Of a DNA stretch of 64,000 nucleotides, positions 1 through 19,954 are shown piece by piece. Numbering within the stretch: the stretch's first letter is position 1; every line of letters starts with the position of its first letter. The stretch lies in the NCBI GenBank assembly GCA_038087875.1, contig CM075987.1, forward strand, positions 28,336,001-28,400,000, in the 5' to 3' direction. This stretch comes from Malacoraja senta (Eukaryota). A program made the position numbers and the translations under genes. The notes under the pieces were generated by a model. It had not been told where the DNA came from and searched no databases. It saw nothing but the letters and a program-made list of their open reading frames with translations.

Positions 1-482
1 ACCCCCAGCTGATGCTCATGGTGCAGTTGGACAGGGCATGGCCAGGGGCATGCTGGTGAGTTAAGTGGAGCTCGATCAAAGCTTCCATCCATCATTTTGC
101 TGATGATTAAAAGTAGACAATGGGCTACACTGGGTCTGTCTCTAACTGGCTACTGTAACTGGTATTCTGTATGACTCCACTGTTGTGTACACAAGGTGAT
201 GCTTACATGGGGTTGGTCTATGTCATCGTTCAAGATACTGCAGTTGGATAGCTGTTGACACCCACCACCTGTGCAGTAACAGGAGTTTTCAAACACTTGT
301 ATTCACATGGAGTGAATCAATGTGCATCAGAGTAAAGCAATGGTGTGGATGGTTCCCTCACAAGGAAACACAGATGGATTGTGCACTTCAGACTGGAGGA
401 TTGTGAACCTTTCAGCCTTGCTTTCACTTTGAGCTCTGGTCTGGATGCTCCTTGCCACCCTGGTAGGAGTTTGTGGACTTAC

Positions 483-3400
483 CGAGCACTCTTTCCACCT
501 TGCCAAGAACCTGGTTGTTGGGAATGGCTTTCCCACACTCGTAGTCGGCAATGACTTGGGGCTTCTCACTGATCTTCTGTGAAGAAAGCACATGCCAAGG
601 CATGGATCACCGCTGTGATCAATCTCCCCTCACCCTCACATCCACGTGATGCAGAAGGGTTGCTCACTCCACCAGCCCACCCTATACGGTGTTGCCCAAG
701 GTACCCGTCCTGCCCCCACCCCACACGGTGCTGCCATTTACCCGTCCTAGCCCTCTCCACCGCTAGCTCTCCGTTATCAGTGCCACCCATGTTACCCGCC
801 CCCACCATCCCACCCTACACAGTGCCACCATTTTACCCACCCCGCCCCCACCATCCCACCCTATACAGTGCCACCATTTGACCCGCCCTGCCCCCCACCA
901 TCCCACCCTACACAGTGCCACCATTTGACCCGCCCTGCCCCCCACCAGTCCACCCTACACAGTGCCACCCATGTTACCCGCCCTGCCTTCCTCCACACGA
1001 CACAGAAGAGACAACTTCAGATGTTGGTCGGCCCGTTTACTTACGGTGGCCAAGTCCTTTTGATTCATCCCCATGTTTTGTCGGCCCTGCTGGATTAGTT
1101 TGCCGACAGTGAGCGACACTCGCTCGTGGTGCAGCTCCTCCGTTTCCCGGTCTAGCTTTGCAGTGTTCTTGGTTATTGTGTGTTGCTTATTTTGTCCCGC
1201 AGACCCTGACAAAACACAAAGCAGAGATCTCCTTCAGCCAGTCATAGCATCAAGCGAACAGGGACATCCATCTACTAAAGACCAATTCCTCACGGTGGAC
1301 AAGGCCCAATTAAGGTTGAGGCTCCGTCTGCAGCGTCCCAACTGTGCTCCAGGGCAAATATAGTGAGGATCTGACACAGCAAAGTTCCTTTTGCATTCTC
1401 CATTAAAATCGTTGCAGGCACGGATAGCCAGAGCTTAGTGGCATGCTGCTGAGATGACAAGCTCTCCCTCAATGTCAGCAAGGTGCTAGCCATCAACCTC
1501 ATGCGGGGTGGAGCACATACTCCAGTCTGCATCAATGGTGCTAAGGAGATGATCAAAGCTTCAAGTTCCAAGGTCAAGAAAGCACATCAACACTTCTCGA
1601 GAAAGCCGCCAAGAACCATTGGTTATTCTCTCCCCTCTTCCATCATGCAGAAGGAAAAAAATTAAAGCATATACTACTAGGTTCAAGAACAGATTCTTCC
1701 CCGCTGTTAGACTCTGAATGGACCTCAAATGCTAAAGATGAATTGCTGACCTTCCAATCTACCTCTTTGCAGCCCTTGCACTTTTTTGAATCTACACTTT
1801 CTCTAACTGCAACACTATTCTCTGCATTGTTTCCTTTATCCTCCCGCACCACCTATTTTACTCATGTGCAGTATGATTGCACTCAAATATGGCGTGATCT
1901 GCCTGGATCGCAAGCAATGCAAAGCCGTAGCCTGATAATAACAAACACATGAAGTGCAAATGCTGGAAGCCAGAAATAAAACATTAATTTTATATATTAT
2001 ATAATTATGCCCATGTCCCTGTGCAGTTGATGCCTTGAAACAACACAAGTGTAGGGAGTATTTAAGGCTTAAACACTGCTGAGATTCTTGTAGCTTCCCT
2101 ACACTTTCCTGCTGTGCCTTATTTCCTTGCACGAGAACATTACTCAGTCTGATGGTCAACCCATGGAACATGCTGGAAGGCCCAGCAGTGCCTGCAATCT
2201 TTTTCCACAACTGCTGCCTGACTTGCTTAGTTTTCCATTTCAGAGATCCAGCATTTCAAGTTTTTTTTTCAATTTTCATTCCCTCTGCAAGTTTACCACA
2301 ATTTGGTTAACAGAGGGGTGAACACTCAAGGCCTCCAGTTCCTGAATTGCTTTCTCCACCTCTTTAGAGCAAAGGGAAGAGACTTATCACAGTAAGGAAT
2401 GTGTAGGAATCACTGGTGGATGTTCATGTTAAAATGTGTTTTGGGTGATCTGTTGCTTTTTATTTGTATGACTGACTTGGTAAATGAAATTCCTCATATG
2501 TTGCAAAGCATACTTGGCTAATAAAGTACTATTCTGATTAGTGGAGATCTATAATTATTACACGGTCATTTACTTTGTGATCAATCAGATTATCCTATTA
2601 CATATAATTGTGCAAGAGGGGAGTTTTCACAGAGAGAGGACAGAGGGAAGTGCAGGAAGTACAGATCAATTTGATGATTGTTTATTGCTGAGGGTTCCAA
2701 GATAAACTGACTAACACAATAAAGGTTTGTAGATTTACAAGATGTTATCTTAAATTATTAGCAGACATTCTGCCAAATAAACCAACTGAATAAACTACAC
2801 CCATACAAACATAACAACTGGGTACGGTAATATTACATTAAGGTAAGGTTACCGTAAGCAACTACGGTAATGGACAGGAAATGTAAAGGAATGCTACCGA
2901 TATCAGAGGGCATTTGTTCAGACTGCTCTACAGAAACCTGTTACATGGTGAAGCTCATGGGTGATAGTACACCATTGATCTGATGGGCAGGTGATCACAG
3001 TGATAACTCTGGAATTCCTACTGGAATGGGTGACTGCAGCCTTTGGTGTAGTAAAGGAAACAAGTCCTGCAAAGCTCCCCATTCTGGCTCAAAGGACGAC
3101 TCGCACAGCCCTAGGATTATTGTTGGGTAAATGATGTTTCACAAAGATGTACAAATGCTACAATGAATCATCCTACTTATAAATGCCTTTAATAATATGA
3201 GAGGAAACCACCTATCCAAGATTGCAAATTATGAATGCAGTTGAAAGAAATTAATTAAACGGCGATATTAAAGAGATTCTGTGAATCGGGAACCGAGGAA
3301 GATGGATTTCAACATCGGAAAATGCAGTCGTTTTTGGGGCCCAAAAAGGTAACGCAGGAGATAAAAGGTTAAAAAGCAGAAAAACTTTTGTAACCGTGAA

Positions 3401-6400
3401 CAGTGTTCACAAAAACAGTGAAGCTGAATACTAATCTATAATATCATACTGACATTACATTCTAATTTATCCTCCCTGGCTCATCTTTAAGCCACTAATC
3501 GCTGTTTCTATATTTTGCTCAGTTATCTGACCTGTCCCTCATCTTCATACAATTATTTTCTAAGTTTGATAATACCCTCTTGGTTAATGAGAATACTGGT
3601 ATATCTAAATAATCATGGATGTGTAGAAAATAATCAAAAGCACTAATGGAATAGTTGTACTAGAATATAAAAGCCAGTGTAGTAAAGGAAACTGGAGTGT
3701 CTAGAAAAGCTCTCCATTCTTGCTTGTGGGTCTAAGAATGCTGCCCGCTCCCACAGTCCAAGGAGTGGGGTGCAATTATAAACCATGCTCACATTTCTTT
3801 GTAGTCTCCACATCGTCTCCTCTGCGTTGAGCAGACGTGATCGCCTAGGGAAAAGGAAGAAGGAGGTGAAATTAGATTAGATTCACTCCTCATCAGTAGA
3901 CATCGAGGTGATTTTAACTTCTGTCTGGAAAAAACAGATGGTGGAAAATTGTCCGGATTAGAAATTCATTGTCAAGGATGTTTTATTATAACAGGAGCCA
4001 AACAGCGCAGGCTTGGGCAGGTCTCGTGTTGTGCATAAGTAGGAATAATTAATAACCCTAGCGTGGAGGCATTTCACGGGATCAGAAATCATAATATAAC
4101 TGGAGGAGAAAAGAATGCGTCCAAGACAAGTTGTGTAAAGGTAAAGAAGGGCAGTGGTGAGGGTATGAACGCAAGAGGCAGCTAGAGTCCCCGGCAAGTT
4201 AAAGTTAAAGCAAAGGATAGGGCTGCTGAGAGGCAGTGAATTTGCCTTGGTGCTTTGCTTGCAAGGATAACAACACGATATACAGTATATAATTAATAAT
4301 TAAAAAATAATTTAAACATGTGAATTAAAGAAAATACTAGAGCAAAAGGAGGCTACAGACTTTTGGTTGTTGAGTAGAGCCATTGCTCATGGAAAAAAGC
4401 TGTTTTTATGTCTGGCTGTGGCAGCTTTGACAGTCTGGAGTCGCCTTCCAGAGGGAAGTGCTTCAAAGAGTTTGTGGCCAGGGTGAGAGGGGTCAGAGAT
4501 GATCTTACCCCCTCGCTGATGGGGGGGTACGGCATTAACAGGCATTTGAAGGAGATAACCAGATTTGAGCAATAATGAAAAATTCCAAGAGGCAGATTCG
4601 TTATTCTAGTAGAGTGGATAGGGGAGTAGAGTAGCTAGTAGAGTGGATAGGGGAAAACCAGTGGATGTGTTGTATCTGGACTTTCAGAAGGCTTTCGACA
4701 AGGTACCACATAAGAGATTAGTATACAAACTTAAAGCACACGGTATTGGGGGTTCAGTATTGATGTGGATAGAGAACTGGCTGGCAAACAGGAAGCAAAG
4801 AGTAGGAGTAAACGGGTCCTTTTCACAATGGCAGGCAGTGACTAGTGGGGTACCGCAAGGCTCAGTGCTGAGACCCCAGCTATTTACAATTTATATTAAT
4901 GAACTGGATGAGGGAATTGAAGGCAACATCTCCAAGTTTGCGGATGACACTAAGCTGGGGGGCAGTGTTAGCTGTGAGGAGGATGCTAGGAGACTGCAAG
5001 GTGACTTGGATAGGCTGGGTGAGTGGGCAAATGTTTGGCAGATGCAGTATAATGTGGATAAATGTGAGGTTATCCACTTTGGTGGCAAAAACAGGAAAGC
5101 AGACTATTATCTAAATGGTGGCCGATTAGGAAATGGGGAGATGCAGCGAGACCTGGGTGTCATGGTACACCAGTCATTGAAAGTAGGCATGCAGGTGCAG
5201 CAGGCAGTGAAGAAAGCAAATGGTATGTTAGCTTTCATAGCAAAAGGATTTGAGTATAAGAGCAGGGAGGTTCTACTGCAGTTGTACAGGGTCTTGGTGA
5301 GACCACACCTGGAGTATTGCGTACAGTTTTGGTCTCCAAATCTGAGGAAGGACATTATAGCCATAGAGGGAGTGCAGAGAAGGTTCACCATACTGATTCC
5401 TGGGATGTCAGGACTTTCATATGAAGAAAGACTGGATAGACTTGGCTTTTACGCGCTAGAATTTAGGAGATTGATAGGGGATCTTATAGAAACGTACAAA
5501 ATTCTTATGGGGTTGGACAGGCTAGATGCAGGAAGATTGTTCCCGATGTTGGGGAAGTCCAGGACAAGGGGTCACAGCTTAAGGATAAGGGGGAAATCCT
5601 TTAAGACCGAGATGAGGAAAAACTTTTTCACACAGAGAGTGGTGAATCTCTGGAACTCTCTGCCACAGAGGGTAGTTGAGGCCAGTTCATTGGCTATATT
5701 TGAGGGAGTTAGATGTGGCCCTTGTGGCTAAGGGGATCAGGGGGTATGGAGAGAAGGCAGGTACGGGATACTGAGTTGGATGATCAGCCATGATCATATT
5801 GAATGGCGGTGCAGGCTCGAAGGGCCGAATGGCCTACTCCTGCACCTATTTTCTATGTATCAGTGTATTCACAGTTAACTAAGAGGATAGTATCAAAGTT
5901 AAACAACTAATTTCATGAAGCTGGGAAACGGGTCCCATGATTGAGCAGAATATTAAAAACTGCAATTAGTAACTTAAAGATTAGCATGGAAGGAAAAATT
6001 ATAATATAATATCAAAGAAACCAGAAATGTAACAACAGATAATCAGGGGTCAGATATTTAGAAAGATAAAAAATAACAAAGTGAGCATTGGTTATTGTGA
6101 GAGCCTGGGGAATTAAGGATGGAAAACAAGATGACAGATACCTTGGATACACATAACCTCCCAGCTGTAAATCAGGAAGTTGGATGCATTGGTTTTCATT
6201 TGCCCAACACACAATGCTAAATCTGGACCATTGCAGAATTTTGCTCATGACTTTTATCAAGCTAACTAATCTGTGGCATCAGTTCCTCCCCATTTTAAAC
6301 AATGGGCTCACCCATGTTGCTGGCTGGTTAAAGACCTGAACCATGACAAAGGGAAACTGGGGGCCGTGCTGGACAAAAGGGAAATGCAAAGGTTACAAAC

Positions 6401-9342
6401 GAAAAAGAGAGGACTTGCCAACGAGAGCAAGTGGTGGGAACAGAGGTTACTCTGGTACAATTCTCAAATAAGAAAACCTTTTCATAAACTTTGCACAACT
6501 GCTGAAAGCGTGTTTATCGTACAAATGAGAGACATTGTCGACAAAAGTGATCAGTGCTGAGAAAGCTGTGGAAAACACTTCACCTCAAAAGAGCCAAGAA
6601 AGTGAAAATAGGTTATTAACTTGCCACGTAACCATGTGAGAGTGAGACTACTGTCAAACCACAGCTTGTAGGGAGTTGGTGCCTGAGAGAGGGATTAACA
6701 CCATTGTCGTGTGGTCCGAGGGCAGGTTCTGAGACCTCCAGTTGATACCAGAACTGGTGGCCATATGATCTGCCCACCACTGGCATTTGTTTAACTGTTG
6801 ATTACCAATTTAATGTGTAAGAAGGAACTGCAGATGCTGGTGTAAACCGAAGATAGACACATCGGGTAACTCAGCGGGACAGGCAGTATCCCTGGAGAGA
6901 AGGAACAGGTGACGTTACCAATTTAACCCTGGAAACTGCTCAAAATGAGACCAACGACTCATATTACATCAGTGTCAGGTTGAATCATTCACCCACAAAG
7001 ACCTTTCAACTCCCCAACCTTTGCAAATGTTATATTCCCGGACTCTATTCCAGAATCTAGAGAATGCTGGAAGATCAATGCCAGTTCATCATCTCTCTCT
7101 GGTGCCAATTTGTTTAAGTTGCTCATACGTAGGATATTGGCAATGCAATAATTTACTGAGTCTTTTGCAAACTACAAAGATATAAAACACTGCTTTACCA
7201 TTCTAATTTCTCTTGATTCAGAAGCCGCACTTTGCTCTTTCTCATGTATGCAAAAAATATTTTTCTTATATTTCTTGATAGTTTATTCTACATTTTGACA
7301 CCACCTGTACTCTGGACACTGGTTGCTAAAATGTTGCTATTCCTCCAAATGACTGCCCATCTCGTCAGTAGAAATGTCAATCGGAATCTCTCCCTGCAAT
7401 ATTGAACCAATGAGCAAAGGTCTATTATTGTGACACAATGTCCTCCTTCACTGCAGGCCCCGCACTGATATTGGTCACTAAATATTAGGCTGCCTCTGAC
7501 AACAGTTACCATGTAACATGAACAAAAGCCCGGTTATATCTATTACTGGGATATAATACTAGTGGATGTCGATCAAGTAAATAGCTCGGCACTGTAGTAC
7601 TCTAGGGTACTCCACTGACATTGTGCCAATCAAATACCAGACTTATCATCTAAGACTGAAATAAAGTACCACTAGGCCAAGTACAAACTGGAGTACAAGT
7701 CGCCAACCAACAAATTTGTGGGTATAGATCTCTCTATGTATAATGCTGGATCGTATTACATATAATTTGATTCCTCCTTATATCACATTGGATGCCCTAT
7801 TGGTGGGAAAAGTTCAGAAATTATAATCCCGATACTCAAGCAAAAATAAAAGTGCTGGAGGAGCTCAGTGGGTCCTTGCCCAGGCCTTACCCTAATGCAG
7901 CATCTGTGGAGGGAAAGGACAGTTCCCTTCAGGTCGTTTTCTTCTTCAGGCTGATGATATTTCTCTCCACAGATGCTGCCTCAACAGCTGAGTTCTTTGC
8001 TCATGATTCCAGCATTTTGTAGTCTCGTGTCTCCTTCCACATACTCCGTGGGGCAAGACGTGATGACACACACACAGAAATATGTCACAAAGGGTATGTC
8101 CTATGCACTGGAATACAAAGTTAACACTCCCTAACTAACAGATATTTACACTTGTATCTAACCTGAGCTTTGTGCCAGGGAATGTTTCACAGGGTAAAGT
8201 TACTCTGCTATGCCCACCCTTCTTGGCATGTCTGGGGGACGTTGATATCGCCCTGGCACTCGTGATATGTGATAAACATCTGAATGTCATCATTCACAGC
8301 AGAAATACCCCAATTTCATACATGTTCCTGGTGCGCCAAATGTGAAATCTAACAAAGATAGTTGTGCCCATAGCACATAAAGTGCTGAATGAGAATGTCA
8401 ACGAGACCTTGGCACACGATATAACCTACATATTGTCCTGTATTTCTGGCGTTATACACCTGTAACTACTGCCAACCTTAATCCTCAATCAACAACCACA
8501 TGCAGGTCTCAGGAATGTGAGCAGCCTGCAGTGAGGCAGCACCAAAGGGCCGGGGTGATGCTGGGCAAGGGGAGGCGGTGGGGGAACGAGTCTGTCCGTC
8601 TCTGGGGAGAAGGAGCAGCCGAGGCCCCTCTGCCGGAAGGTGGGGAGGCGCCCGCGGTGACATCAGGCCCACCGGCGGGGAGAAGCCGACGGCGCGGCTC
8701 ACGGCCTGAGCCCCTGGGGATATATTTACGGCAGATTGAGAGATTTGTTGATCAGTGCGGGTGTCGGTAACGGGGAGAAGGCGGGAGAATGGGGTTGGGA
8801 GGGGGGAGAGGGAGAGAGGGAGAGGGGGAGGGAGAGGGGGAGGGAGAGAGGGAGAGGGGGGAGGGAGAGAGGGAGAGGGAGAGAGGGGGAGAGACGGAGA
8901 GACGGAGAGGGGGAGAGACGGAGAGGGGGAGAGACGGAGAGGGGGAGAGACGGAGAGGGGGAGAGAGTGAGAGAGGGAGGGAGGGAGAGGGGGAGGGGGG
9001 GAGAGAGAATCACTGATGAGGTGTTTGCGCAGTAATCAACCAGAGAGATCAGCCATGATTGAATGGCGTAGTGTGCGATGGGCCGAATGGTCTAATTGTA
9101 CTCGTATCGCGCACGATATCCCCCGCAGCGCTCGCTCGCTCTGCCCCGTGGGGCGCTCCCTCCCTCCCTCCCTCCCTCCCTCCCTCTGCCCCGTGGGGCG
9201 CTCCCTCCCTCTGCCCCGTGGGGCGCTCCCTCCCCCCCCCCCCCCTCACTCCCCCACCCCCCACCTGCTTGCTCTTGGCCTGGGCCGCACTCGGGCCTTT
9301 CTTGCGCAGAACCGTCACCGTGTCCCAGTCACTCTCCGCCAT
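483..9342 (-). CDS. EDF1: Endothelial differentiation-related factor 1 (MBF1 family), exons 1-4: 9265-9342, 3793-3844, 1045-1205, 483-576; last exon lies left of the window
   Basis: Spliced translation [129 protein letters not shown] matches vertebrate EDF1. All introns are GT-AG with consistent phases (78, 52, 161, 94 nt). Confidence 0.97.
4606..5860 (+). mobile_element. CR1 LINE, 5'-truncated (RT domain and 3' UTR), young subfamily, in EDF1 intron 1
   Basis: ORF 4643-5731 has CR1 RT motifs [32 protein letters not shown] and [13 protein letters not shown]; typical 3' tail ending ...CCTGCACCTATTTTCTATGTAT. Confidence 0.95.
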
Positions 9343-9500
9343 CGCACCCACTGCGCATGCGCGTGACCCGCCATTAACTTTATTCAAACACGCGCGAACA
9401 AACTTTATTGAAACAAAGGCGGGGCGGCCAATCAGCGGCGGCGGCGGCGGCACGGCAGCCCCGCCCACACCGGCCCTTCCCGCCGCTGCTAGCCCCCGGT
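9343..9500 (-). promoter_or_regulatory. EDF1 CpG-island promoter with NRF1-like site, CCAAT box and GC box
   Basis: TGCGCATGCGCG at 9352-9363, GGGGCGG at 9421-9427 and CCAAT at 9428-9432 in CpG-rich sequence just upstream of the ATG at 9342. Confidence 0.65.
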
Positions 9501-9780
9501 TCTACCCCTCCCCCCCCCCCCCTCTCTGTACAAAGACACGGCGCCCCGGACATGGTCTCTCCATGTGTGACCCCCCCCCCCCCCCCCGTCTGCCCCTCAC
9601 CACAGTCTCTCTCTCTGTGTAGGAAGGAACTGCAGATGCTGGTTTACACCAAACATAGACACAAAGTGCTGGAGTAACTCAGCGGGTCAGGCAGCGTGTG
9701 TGGAGAGTTCGAGTTGAGCCCCTTCTCCACAATGGTCACCCGTTCCTTCTCTCCAGAGTCGCTGCCCGGCTCTACAGGGG

Positions 9781-10336
9781 GTAGTGAGGGGGGCAGAGAA
9801 GATCATTGGCGTCTCCCTACCCTCGGTACAAGAACTGTTCCTGAGCCGCTGTCGGAAAAAAGCTCAGAGAATTGCTAAGGACAAGCTGCACCCCCTCCAC
9901 ATACACCTGGATCTCCTGCCATCAGGCAAGAGATATCGCAGCATCAAAGCCCGGACTACAAGACTGCTAAACAACTTCCTGCCATGTGCTGTGAGGCTGC
10001 TAAACAGCCACTCTGTACTCACAGTCACCTGATTCTGCGGCTTGGCACGGACACTATAATAACTGGCACTGGCCACTTCAATAACTGGCACTGGCCACTC
10101 AAATCAGCCACCCCGGACATGTTTATGATTGGTCTCACTGTATTTTAACGTTGTTTTTATCTATTTTAACTTTATACTGTTCCGTCAGGGACTGGATTGT
10201 TTTTAGTGTTGTTATTATGTGTGAAATGTCTTAAACTTCATGTGCGATGCTCCGGTATTCCCTGGGAAACGTCTTTTCGTTTTGCACTATACAACTGTTG
10301 CTTGCAAGATGACAATAAAGGAATTGAATTGAATTG
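9781..10336 (+). mobile_element. Rex/Babar-type LINE 3' fragment nested in a Penelope-like short repeat
   Basis: ORF 9784-10032 (LLPSGKRYRSIKARTTRLLNNFLP) resembles the C-terminus of the Rex ORF at 23117-24376; ends TGACAATAAA plus (GAATT)n. Halves of the host repeat lie at about 9616-9775 and 10337-10390. Confidence 0.75.
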
Positions 10337-10683
10337 AGTTACTCCAGCACTTCGTATCTAAACCAGCATCTGCAGTTCCTTCCTTCCTAGACATCAGGCC
10401 CATTTATGTCCACTCTGGTTTATGGATAGAGCATGGAAACAGGCCCTTCTGCCCACCAAGTTCACATCGACTAACAAACCCCTGTACACTACACATCAGG
10501 GCCAATTAACTTTGGAATGTGGGATGAAACCGGAGCACCCGGCCAAAACCCACACGGTCAAGGTGAGACCATGCAAACTCCATACAGACAGCACCCTCTA
10601 CCACTCCAGCACTTTGTATCAGGTCCTGAGACGAGGAGTCGGATAAATGACAGACTGTGAATGCTGACAGGCAAGAAAAGCAC

Positions 10684-10689
10684 TTTATT
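10684..10689 (-). terminator. Probable UAP1L1 polyadenylation signal (AATAAA)
   Basis: TTTATT on the + strand, about 1 kb downstream of the UAP1L1 stop and the first canonical signal I found. Confidence 0.5.
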
Positions 10690-11715
10690 GTGAGTAATGT
10701 ATAAAACTCCTCAGTCCCAATGTTGGGGTTAAAAACAGCTTAATCACCCCCCTTAACTGATCTCACACGCTAGCAGCAGCATAGGAAGGTGAGCTTCAGA
10801 GTAACTAGGGGGGCAGCAGGGTGATGCCAGAGCGAGGAGGGGCAAGAGCAGGGGCAAGAGTAGGACAGAGCCAGGCCAGGGTGGGGGGGTGCTTGGAAAC
10901 TACGTTGGCAGGTGTGATCGGGGAACGAGCCTGGCACTGGCTCCCATTCCAGGCTACACAGTCTCAGAGTAGAAGCTCAGTCACCCGGTCCTCACCCCCT
11001 GCCCCCTGCAATGCCTGTGCTTTAGTGGGAGCTCTGGACTGAGACTGGCAGTGAGAGAGCTCCCACTTCCTCCAGCCACGCTTTACCTTGAGCAGGAAAC
11101 TGGTCCTCCATCCCTCAAATAACCTTTGGTATTGATCACATGGAACGATTAAAGGAGACCTTTGGCACTAGCAGCCATGGACGGTGCAGACTGCACTTCC
11201 CTTCACACACCCCACACACACACCCCCCCCCCCCCCACACACACACACACACCCATCCCACACACACACACCCACCCCACACACCCCCCTCCACACACAC
11301 TCCCTCCACACACTCCCTCCACACACACTCCCTCCACACACACTCCCTCCACACACACACACACCCCACACACACATACACACCCCACACACACATACAC
11401 ACCCCTCCTCCCCACACACACACCCCCTCCCCACACACACATCCTCCCCCACACACACACACATCCTCCCCCACACACACACATCCTCCCCCACACACAC
11501 ACACCCCCACCCAACCCCGGTCCATCTCTGGCCGCTGAAGGTGGTCACTGCTGTCCAAGGGCCCGACACCAGTGGAGATCCAGTGGAATCGCAGCCTGAC
11601 GTAAAGCAGAAGCCCAGCAGCGACGCTCTCACAGTCAGTAAAAAATCAAACAAATCTGTCTATAAATTGGCAGCGTCAATGGTCGGCAGCAGCTCATCCA
11701 TCATCATCATCATCA

Positions 11716-17170
<5,455 letters not shown>

Positions 17171-17214
17171 CTTCACAACATAGTCACCATCACCCCTCTG
17201 TACAGTGTCCAGAA

Positions 17215-17660
17215 CACACACACTGGGCTAGTACACACACTGGGCTAGTACACACACACATTGGGCTAGTACACACACACAATGGGTTAGTACACCACAC
17301 ACACTGGGCTAGTACAACACACACACTGGGCTAGTACACACACACACTGGGCTAGTACACACACAAACTGGGCTGGTACACACACACACTGGGCTGGTAC
17401 AACACACACACTGGGCTAGTACACACACACACTGGGCTAGTACACACACACACTGGGCTAGTACACACACACACAATGGGCTAGTACACACACACACTGG
17501 GCTAGTACACACACACACTGGGCTAGTACACACACACACTGGGCTAGTACACACACACACTGGGCTAGTACACACACACACTGGCTAGTACACACACACA
17601 CTGGGCTAGTACACACACACACTGGGCTAGTACACACACAACACTGGGCCAGTACAACAG
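17215..17660. repeat. Minisatellite (CTGGGCTAGTACACACACACA)n, ~21-bp unit
   Basis: Visible tandem array next to a UAP1L1 exon acceptor. Confidence 0.9.
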
Positions 17661-18106
17661 ACAACAGGCTCTGCTGCTACTCCCCGTCCCATAGTACACT
17701 CACTAACAGCGCTGTAACCGGTATCTGGTGTGTACAGTCTCACTGTGTGTAACTGGTGTGTGTACACAGGCTAACCATATGGTACGAAGGGTGGTGGGTG
17801 TACAGAACAAGCTGCCAGAGGAGGTAGTTGAGGATGGAACTATCCCATTGTTTAAGAAACAGTTAGACAGGTACATGGATAGGACAGGTTTGGAGGGATA
17901 TGGACCAAATGCAGGCAGGTGGGACTAGTATAGCTGGGACATGTTGGCTGGTGTGGGCAAGTTGGGCCGAAGGGCCTGTTTCCGTGGTGGGTGACTCTGT
18001 ACCTGGTACCTGTACACATTATCTGTGTTAGTCTGTACACTCAGTCTAAATGTGTGTAACCAGTATCTGTACATGCTGTGTCAGTGTACACAGTCTAATT
18101 GTCGGT

Positions 18107-18306
18107 NNNNNNNNNNNNNNNNNNNNNNNNNNNNNNNNNNNNNNNNNNNNNNNNNNNNNNNNNNNNNNNNNNNNNNNNNNNNNNNNNNNNNNNNNNNNNN
18201 NNNNNNNNNNNNNNNNNNNNNNNNNNNNNNNNNNNNNNNNNNNNNNNNNNNNNNNNNNNNNNNNNNNNNNNNNNNNNNNNNNNNNNNNNNNNNNNNNNNN
18301 NNNNNN
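18107..18306. other. Assembly gap (200 N)
   Basis: Run of N. The 5' ends of both UAP1L1 and the SDR gene are absent, so more than 200 bp is missing or the contigs are misjoined. Confidence 0.99.
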
Positions 18307-18633
18307 ACCTCTCTGCCTTGGCATTGCTGAGACCAGACAGCCCTGTGGGATCTGGGCAGTATTGGTCAGGTCCACGTAGACGAGACTAAATCACCACCTC
18401 TCCCCGTGGCCTGGCCATGTGATGCAGACTGCAGCAGCCGTGGAATGTTCTGGTTTGTTCTAGAGTTCTAGGGTCAACACGGGGATGGTCAAGGGTTCCT
18501 CTGTCCCCCGGCCCCTCCCCCCGCTGCCCCCATCGTTGTCACCCCCGCCCCCACACAGTGAGCTGGGATCTGGGATGCGCGGTGATACGGGAATGTGTGT
18601 GGGCCCCAGACTGAGCCTCGACCTCTCCCACAG

Positions 18634-19954
18634 ACCTGGCGCCCAGGGAGGTTCGGGTGAACGCTGTCAGGTGAGTCGTGTAGAGTCATTATCCACTCAC
18701 TTCCACCTCTCTGGACATTACTGTCCCTCCACCCACTCACTCGTGTCATCTCCCTCGGCCTCCAGTAGCCACAGGTGTGTGAGTGTGAGCGGGAGTGTAC
18801 ACCTGTGAGTGTGAGTGAGTGTGAGCGTACACCTGAGTGAGTGCGAGCATACACATGTGAGTGTCGGTGAGTGTGAGCATGAGCGTACACCTGAGTGTGA
18901 ATGTACACATGCGAGTGAGTGTGAGCGTACACCTGTGTGAGCGTACACTGTGATCCTGAACAGTGAATGCTCAGGCTATTTGACTGCAGAGGGCAGTGTG
19001 GGGCAGAATCCAGCCAGCCACACATCAGCTGCACCTCCCCCCCTCTGCTCCGTCACTCTGTGTGCCCCCCTTCCCGACCCCCTCTCCCTGCAGCCCCCCG
19101 CCCCCACCTACCCCCCCACCCCCCTCTCCCCGTCCCCCCTCTCTCCACCCCCCCTCTCCCCGTCCCCCCTCTCCCCGCCCCCCTCTCCCCCCCTTCTCCC
19201 CGCCCCCCTCTCCTCGCCCCCCCCTCCCCCCGTCCCCCCTCTCCCCGCCCCCCCTCTCCCCGCCCACCCTCTCCCCACCCCCCCTTTCCCGCCCCCCCCT
19301 CTCCCCGCCCCCCCTCTCCCCGCCCCCCCTCTCCCCGCCCCCCCCTCTCCCCACCCCCCCTCTCCCCATCACTCTGTATGTCACTCTCTCCTCTCCAGCC
19401 CAGGAGTGATCGTCACGGATATCCACAAGCGGGCTGGGCTGAACGAGGGCGACTACGCCAAGGTGCGTAACCCGCGTGTGGGGTTAGGGGTCAGTGTCGA
19501 TGGGCCATGGGTTAGTGTGTAGTTCATGGGTTAGTGTGGGGTCAGTGTCGGATGGGAAAGGGTGATCCCACTGGAGTGGGGTGATTTTGGATGGGAAGAC
19601 GCGATGTCAGGGGTGCTATTTCCTGTGGGGGGGGACGCGTTTTGACGGTAGAGGGTGATTTTGGGCAGTGGGGGCGGTGTGGCAGGGCTGCTGGTTTTGA
19701 CTGTAGTGGGTGATTTCCCATGGGGGGGGGGTGTTTTAGGATGGGGGTGTTTTGACGGTAGAGGGTGCCGGTTCTGACTACGTCTCTCCCTGCAGTTCCT
19801 GAACAAGTGCAAGGTGACACACGCACTGGGCCGGCCGGGGCAGGTGCAGGAGGTCGCCCAGGCCATCGCCTTCCTGGCCTCCGACGCAGCCTCCTTCATC
19901 ACCGGCGTCACCCTGCCTGTGGATGGAGGCCGCCACGCCATGTGTCCACGCTGA
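18634..19954 (+). CDS. Short-chain dehydrogenase/reductase, FabG-like (3-oxoacyl-ACP reductase-like), last 3 exons: 18634-18670, 19399-19462, 19796-19954
   Basis: Spliced [86 protein letters not shown] has classical SDR C-terminal motifs (VRVNAVSPG, FLASD.ASFITG..L.VDGG). GT-AG sites with consistent phases; AATAAA at 20096-20101. Confidence 0.9.

Noticed and set aside
8060..8166. GTGATGA...CTGA, a possible C/D box snoRNA
   Set aside because: Antisense to the host gene EDF1, with no terminal stem or recognisable guide.
18634..19954. Bacterial fabG-like sequence as horizontal transfer or contamination
   Set aside because: It has spliceosomal introns and a polyA signal, so it is an ordinary animal SDR gene.
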